Below are positions 56,531 to 64,000 of a DNA stretch of 64,000 nt, in pieces (position 1 is the first letter of the stretch; the number at the start of each line of letters is the position of its first letter). The notes under the pieces are model-generated. The model made no database searches. It was not told the DNA's origin and saw only the letters and a list, made by a program, of their open reading frames with translations. The stretch comes from Auanema rhodensis. Its lineage: Eukaryota; Animalia; Nematoda. The position numbers and the translations under genes were made by a program. The stretch is from assembly GCA_964057225.1 (NCBI GenBank), contig OZ059895.1, positions 15,748,001-15,812,000 on the forward strand, given 5' to 3'.

Positions 56531-59500
56531 TGTTAACAAGGGCGGTGGTAACAGCTTCAATGTTAAAGTTACAAAGAACAAAAAAAACCTGTGTATATGA
56601 TGATAGACATCAAAGGCATAAGATTCATACAGGTTTTATCATTAAGAGTATGTCAAGTTTCGAACACATTTCATCAAAATCCTTACAGTTGTGTCTCATA
56701 TAACGCCAATAACACAATATAACACATAATACATATACATATAGAACATATAGATATTTAATTAGCTGGTTGTTCTGTAAAAACAACCTGAGGAGTGAGA
56801 GAACAGAATATATTACTAATAGCATACATACCCACGCACACACACACATACATACAATCATGACGGCAAGTACTATATAAGGACGGTACGAAAAAAGTTT
56901 AAATATAGTAAGCTTATGATGATATTATGTGAGTATAGTTATATAAATTTTCATTTGTTAGAAAGAGAAGTAAAATACTGAAAAAACATGCTATATACAA
57001 CATTGTTGGCAAAGTTCAACAATAAATTTAAGTAAAATATTGGAAGAAAAAAAAAGGTTGCGAAGCAAATGAACTGTAATATTGAATCTTTTTTTTTAAA
57101 TTATTTTATTCAACAACAATTTGCTCGATGAACGCATTCATCTCACAAATGTATTATGAGCTAAATTTACTCCACAACTGAATAGAGACTAGAAAGTGAA
57201 TACATTCATAAATATGTAAAAAAGGCTTTCTCTAAGCAGTGCCTCGTGCTGATTTCGACAGCCTCTACCACTTTTTGTCCACAAATTTGCTCCAAACGAA
57301 AATTTATTCAGAGCAAACGTGATGGAAAATAGTTGAGAAGAGACAATGAATTTTCAAAAAGTGACAATCATTTCCGCTCAGTAGAACTAATAGCATGCGG
57401 ACAGTCAAAAAGAAATCAAACTTTTCATCTCATTCTTATATTAACATGGTATTCTAATAAGGAAAGATCTTCCGTCCTTGGAAAGGGATCGACCTCAAAA
57501 ACGAGCAAATAATAAACTAAATCATAAGAATGAGCCGAAGACGACCTTTTACAGTTCTCTAACTAATCGATCATCCTCATTTCATGCCTTAATAATTAGT
57601 TAAATTAATCTTTACTTAAGTGACGCAACAATTCTATGATAAAAATTGATATAATATGAAAATTTTAAGAAAAAAAGAAAGAAAAAGAAAATGGTCAATA
57701 TTCAGTCTACCTTTGAATTAGTTCAAAGGCTGTTGCAATTGCAAAGAGATGAAAGATGTTTCGTTCATCATTCACCCAACAACAGTGGAACAAGGAAAAT
57801 AATGTGCAGGGGGTGTAAAAAGTGTAAGATTCTCAAGACTAGAACGACTATTTAATTTAGAAAATATGCTAGACTAACATGAACAACTCCATTGATAGGC
57901 AGCAAAGTAAATGAAAAATTAATATTCTATCAATGTTTCAAACAGTATTATTCTTGACCTTCCAAGTGAAGATAAGCAATTGAAAACTCATAATCAAAAC
58001 TCTAAGAACCACGCCCTATTATAGTGAATGAGCAGGGGAACGTAGACATTATATAGAATCAGTTCTATAATAGTTTTAATTTCAAAAAATCTAAAAACGG
58101 GTAACAGCATTGCTTAAGACATGAGTGAAAGGAACTTAAAAGGATTGAGGTAGAGCTGACTAGTCTTCTCTCGTTGTCTCTCGGCTGTTTCATCGCTGTC
58201 GAGTTTGTGTATTTGGTCAGCCATGGGGCTCCGGCCAACTACACCCACCTGTCTGATCACTAAACTCTCTCTTATAACCTCAATATTTAATTGAGGTTGA
58301 TGTCTGGATGCTCTTTGTCTAGCATGTAGGTTGAGCCGTCTAGCTCATCTCTAAACCTATGTTCTTTCTGCTCTCTTTACGTTTTCCTACGGACCACCAA
58401 ACTTTCTCTGAGAACAAAATGAGAAAGAGAGAGGAAGAGAGGTCGAGAGAGAGAGAGAGAAGCACATAGAGAATAAGGGTAATGAGGTAACAAGAGTGAA
58501 AAGAAAAAGAAAATGAGAGATCTATTCTATGCAGAGTAATACATAGAGAATTTCAGAAAAGGAGAAATAAAATTAAATGAGGCAAGAGTACATAATATAA
58601 GAGAGTTGACCATCAACAGCAATATTGGAGCGGAACAGAGGAAATGTACTTTAGCTCTAAAATAACTTTCTAAGGATTCGTATTAAAGTCGATGAAGTCG
58701 TGTTTCAATTGTTAATCCCGAATAAATTAAAATAATTGTTGAAACGGAGTTAATAGTTTCAAATTTTTTCAATCTTTCATTTTGGATGGAACATCAGGTT
58801 TGATGGGAAATAGGGATATAGGAAGCTATAGGTGGCAACGATTGCGTAAGAATGAATCTTATTTTATAATAGTGTAAGACTATGGAATATATAAATACAC
58901 AAAGTGAATGATATGATGGTCCAAGAAGAACAGAACATAACACAAAATATTGGTTTATGTGATCCGAAGGTCCACATGAACACTAAAAATAAGAAGATTT
59001 CTTGCAAAGTTAGACATATGTAAACATGGGTAGTCCCGAAATGAAGAGATCATTCGGTCGGAAAAGTGAAGACAAATATGAAATTGTCTTATTAGTGTGT
59101 TATCATTTTAAGTAGAACACAAAAATACTCAAAAATAGAATTTTGTAGTCCTGTCAATGAGGCTACACAGTTCATGTTTGAATTAAATAAGTTGTAACAT
59201 TTTTCAAAAGAATAGATTCCTTGTGTGTTGTATATAAAAGAGCACAAGCTTAATTATGTGCATTTCCATGACAACCACATCTACAGCGATATGCTTTCAG
59301 AAAGGCAATGAAGGACAGAGAAATACAAAAAGTGGAAATAAATTTCGTCCTATATTCTCATGAAACTTATTGAAATCTAATTTTGAATTATAGCTATGGT
59401 AAAGAATCTAAAGAACAACAATACAGATAAATTATCACTAATTTTGAAGTTGAAAAAAGAAAGAATAAAACAATTTTAGTTAATATAAGCAATAAAGATA

Positions 59501-59809
59501 ATGAATATAAATATAAAACAAAAAATTAAAAAATAGATATATTCACGTACCGGGATGGTTAAGCCGCATCTTCGAGACAAAAATAAGAAAATGAATAGAC
59601 ACGTTACGCATATTACGTGAAATTAGCGTAAAACTTATTTGAACGCTATTTAATGATAATACGGTCGACAACGCACAAGTAAAACCAAAACAAGCAAAGT
59701 TGACATAAACACGCAAGTTTTTTATTTCTCTCATATTCACATTTTGAATTTACAATTGTTTTTTATTTTTATTTTATTTTAAAAAACTTATTAAAGTTTA
59801 GAAAATATA

Positions 59810-60795
59810 ATGGGAACACAGAGTTGGATAAGTTGCCATTGCTGTTCTCGTAAACCATCGGATGAATATAAAATATTTTTTATTACACAATGTGAAGTAT
59901 TGCTTTGTGCCCCATGTAAGGAACGATTATGTCGAAAAGAATGTATTAAATGTAAAACCAAATGTAATTACTTTGAAGTTAATAAAAACCTACCCTCCAA
60001 TTTAAAGGTAAAGTATCTGCCTGTGACTATATTAGGATTGTTATGTTCTTTTCTTCAGATACTTTTCCAAGATCCTGTTGAATTTGCCAGAGATTCTGTA
60101 ATTAAGCTAAAACAGATGTTAAAGTATCAATCTGAACAGAAATCTAGTTATGAAAAGTGCTTGTCAAAAAAGGTATAGTATTATTATAGCAGTTTTCTAG
60201 GTAATCATTTGTTTTAGTGGCAGCGCGTAGGACAAACTGTCAAGATTGCCACAGCGAAAAGAAAGTCACCAAGTGCTGATGGTTTAGGAGAACTGATGTA
60301 GTTTAATCATTTGAATCATTTTATTTTTTTTTATTTTCAGGAAAGAAAATAAATTATTGAAGTTAGAACTACAACGTTTAATGCAATTGGAACATAGTTT
60401 GAACGCTCGAGGAGATGAAAGGTTTGTAAGAATTTGATTTGATACTTATTCGATATAGTGTATTTTAGTGCTGATTTTTTTGAGTTTTGTAAGGATAAAA
60501 CTGATACAGGTTGAAATAGTGTTGAAAACATGTACTGTTTTCTTTCAGATTCAGGTCTTGGTAGTGACTCATCGTTTACATTTATAACATCTACTCCTAA
60601 GCTAGAGGTAAGATATCTGAATCAGTTCTATCCTACTTAGTTGTCTTTTTCAGCCTAAAGGAAGTCTACCTGGTGGTACATTACCATTTATTTCTAATTT
60701 CTTCCGGTATTTCTAGTATTCAAATCTAATATAATTTTTTTTTCAGAGATGGGCTTGTCATATCGCCAATTTGTAATGGCGTTAAACGAGCGTAA
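59810..60795 (+). CDS. ZHP/RNF212/Zip3-like meiotic pro-crossover RING + coiled-coil protein, 8 exons
   Basis: MGTQSWISCHCCSRKP...FFITQCEVLLCAPC...CIKCK...VNKNLPSNLK-ILFQDP...LKQMLKYQSEQ follows the ZHP pattern (W-x-x-C-x-x-C, F-x-x-x-C, F-x-DP, F/YQ); coiled coil KENKLLKLELQRL; Ser-rich tail; all exon phases join; stop at 60793-60795. Confidence 0.8.
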
Positions 60796-62297
60796 TAGTT
60801 TTATTCATATTCTTTTTATACCTTTTTATATCATGGAAACTTATTCTATGTATAATTTTTGATCTTAAGGTTTTCCTCTGTATCGTAGTTATCAAGTTTG
60901 GGCTGTTCTTTGATCTAATCAGTATTTGGGTTTTGTAGTTTTGAAGAATTTTTTTTGTTAAGTATATATTTGATTGCGAGGGTAGTGCTCGCCTTAATAA
61001 ACTTATCTTAAAGAAATCGGCTTGGCTAATATCGCGAAGATGACTTGAGAGCCGAACCATAAATTTGTTTTCATTATGTTACTACGATAGTGAGTAAATT
61101 TTTTTTGGAGGAATAAGAATGTGAGAAAATTTTCTAGAAGATAGTTGTAGTTGCGGAGATACATGAAAGTCGGAGTGCATTGGGATTGAATAGTGAATAC
61201 TGGTTAGTAATTTAATGGGAGATATTACGGGAAGGTGAAACCGATAATCCAGGAGTACGGCGAACAAGGCAGTATTAAAGGAAATATATTGAATGCTGAA
61301 GGTGACTAGAGAGGATCGGACAACAGATTGTGCCAATAGTTGCCAATATACTTTTATAAGTAAATATAATAAATATTTGCATACATGTGGTAAGGATATG
61401 TATGGAGTTTATGGAGTGCAGGTAGATGTAGTAGACCTTCAGATTACTTTCGTAAATACTGAAGTTACTATCACTGTTAACATAAGAAAAGCTTACGGAA
61501 TGAATAGGGAAAATGTTCGATTTCATCAAAGAAAGTCAGTTAATTTCTAAATTTTCGTTTGATTCTTGTCATATATTAGGCTTCATATTTCAATGCAAAG
61601 TATTAAAATAAGCTGGTTCAATTGAATTTAACAATACTGGCAATTAGGTAAACTAATAGATTTTACATTTTCTTTATAATACTGTTCTAATAATGTAATG
61701 GTTGGATAGTTGATTATCTTGTTTTTATTAGACATATAAGAAATCGAAACATTTTTAAAACGTTTTAAAACCTTTTTATAGGATTGTTTTTCTAAGCTTA
61801 TTAATTTTAACAGAATTATCTATGGATATATACATATTAAATTAGCTATACGATTTTGATTTTTAATTGAAACTATTAGAGATTTTGAATGACTGTTACT
61901 ATTGTGCACAATTCAGCTGTTCAAATATGATACAACACTTGTTTATTTTCTTTTTTGAAACACAACACGAGATAAGTACCTAGTATGGGTTACTTTATTT
62001 TTTGATTATCCACCTAAATGATTTTCGAATAACTTTTCTTTTTTCATCAATATCTAATTGATTTTCATATAGAAACTGCAATTGATGTCACTATGATATC
62101 ATCTTTAACATTTCTTTCTATGATTTAAGAACCAGACGAATAATCCAAGATAAGATATTATATATAAGTTTAACGTATCATTTTGATCTTATGTTAGTTC
62201 ACTGATACGTAAAGCCGACAATGGACCTTAAGACAGCTGTCCAAATATGTAGCTTCATTTTGACAAATTTCTCATTTTAATAGCGAAGTGTAACAGT

Positions 62298-64000
62298 ATG
62301 CGTGTGCTTTCCAGACAGTTAAATATACGTCTTCTCATAAATGTTATTGGTAAGTATTTAGTTTCATTTATTCCTGTAATTAGGCTTCAACACATCTAAG
62401 AGAAACTTTGTTCTAGGTTTTATCGTTATAACTATCTTAGCTTTACTTATTCGACACGATATTGAAGGTATTCGAGTTCAATTGTCACAACCCAGGTTCT
62501 TTTTTATTTCTTTTTCTTGATTTAGTTGGTCCCAATCTGTATTCGTAAGCTGTATGCTTTATGTCTTATCAAAGACTTTGCCCATGCGTGTTGTATCGTT
62601 TCTTTTAATATTCAATTGCTTCTATCATACCGTATATTAATATTTCGTTACAATTAATTTAAGTATTCTATTTACTAGAATATTCTCATATTCGATATAT
62701 TTCGATTACAAATTTCTTGAAGATTAACAATAATTTATTTATTTTCTTTTAAATTCTCTTCGTTTTTGAGTTTTTAATATATTTCTATTATACAGTAGTC
62801 ATTAGAAATATGGGTCAATTCGTTATCACTGATTATCTCAGAAACATAAATAGATTCTAGCAGTGTCATCCAATAAAACTAATCTTACTGTCAAATATTG
62901 TTTATTCAAACAATTTATTCCTAACTGATATAACTTCTCATTTGGGAAAAACCGTTTACGTTTTGTCTTTACAGCTCGCCTGAAATAGAACTTGTGCAAT
63001 TAGAACCTGATACTGCGAGAGGCAATGCTTCCGCTGAAGCTTTTCTCGATATACCTGATATCTCTTATGAACAGAGAATAGAACTAGAAGCATGTTTAGA
63101 ACTTTTTAATCAATCCAACTGAATTATTATAGCCGCCTCCACTTCGATTTGCAATGCCACCGCCTCTTCCTGCGGTTTCACGAAACGATGTAAAGTATTT
63201 GACCACACAAGCTTATGGTATTGTAGCTGGTGGAGGATTAGGTAATCTCATATTCTAAACCAGATCATCAATGATAGCCTGCTATTAAGGAAATCAATTA
63301 TTTGAACTAATCTCAATGTTAGGAATAGCAAGAACTATCAATCGAGTGCCATTACTTAATCCATCCGAGCTTACACTGATGCAGGTTTTATTCATTTCAA
63401 TTTTTCAGCTATTATCGTTAAATTTTTTTATATTTTCAGTTATTACAATCGAATATCTTGCAACGTTTTGATAATTTATTGGAAAATTTTGAATTTAAAA
63501 TGATGTCTGTATGTTTAAATATTATAATTTTTATTCAAAATGATATAATATTTAAGACAAATATCTATACAACAATTCCATTTAACCGATACTGTTGTCG
63601 CTATGATGATATTGAGCGTCTACATTATTATCAAAATTCATCCGTTCTATTTCTGCAAGGCTACTACTTTCAGGTAAAATTATATAAACAATATTCAACT
63701 CACTATAATTCTGAATATTTTTAAGAGTTTTAAGTATTTTCATTCTTATAAAGCTGATGTAAGAAAGATGTTAACACCTCATTGGCTTGCTTTGAAACGA
63801 GCTGAATCACTCATTCCTCAATCCTATTCGTCAAACTTCGTGTTGGGTATCTTAATATTCTTCTGAGTATTTCATGTTTTCGCAGAATATGCACGCATGT
63901 ACGACGTGGTGATTTCGTTTCTGATGGAATGCATCAGCCATCTGATCCTATGTTCACTTATTCAGCTTCTGAATATTTAGTAAATAAATGTATTTTAAGC
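62298..64000 (+). CDS. Glycosyltransferase family 11 (alpha-1,2-fucosyltransferase-like), type II membrane protein; 3' end runs off the window
   Basis: MRVLSRQLNIRLLINVI-GFIVITILALLI (TM), stem region, GGGLG-NQLFELISMLGIAR, CCRYDD, LQGYYFQ-SFKYF, ICTHVRRGDF (GT11 GDP-fucose-binding motif). Confidence 0.9.

Noticed and set aside
61082-61550. Overlapping short ORFs with splice-like signals between the ZHP-like and GT11 genes
   Set aside because: Could not assemble a phase-consistent gene model or recognise any motif.

Overview
AT-rich eukaryotic DNA with ~45-nt introns and TTTCAG-type acceptors, consistent with a nematode. Left to right: three minus-strand S28 (prolyl-carboxypeptidase-like) serine peptidase genes, two of them a near-identical duplication at a 7008-bp offset and the middle one lacking the catalytic Ser; orphan 3' exons of a Cys-loop channel followed by a complete Cys-loop ligand-gated ion channel gene; arf-1 divergent from a gei-8/NCoR-SMRT co-repressor gene; an 8-unit ~320-bp tandem array; an Srt-type chemoreceptor; dapk-1, with an unexplained coding-like region in one intron and a ~15-kb GA-microsatellite-rich upstream region; a ZHP/RNF212-like meiotic RING gene; and the 5' part of a GT11 alpha-1,2-fucosyltransferase. 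The best candidate for an undescribed system is the array at 23920-26442. Each unit looks like a gene for a highly structured ~190-nt RNA ending in an Sm site (AAUUUUUGG) plus a terminal hairpin, and it matches no canonical U, SL or SmY RNA that I can recognise. The eighth unit keeps the same upstream and Sm/3' modules but carries a different, also structured, body. Exon structures and RNA folds were worked out by eye and no searches were run.
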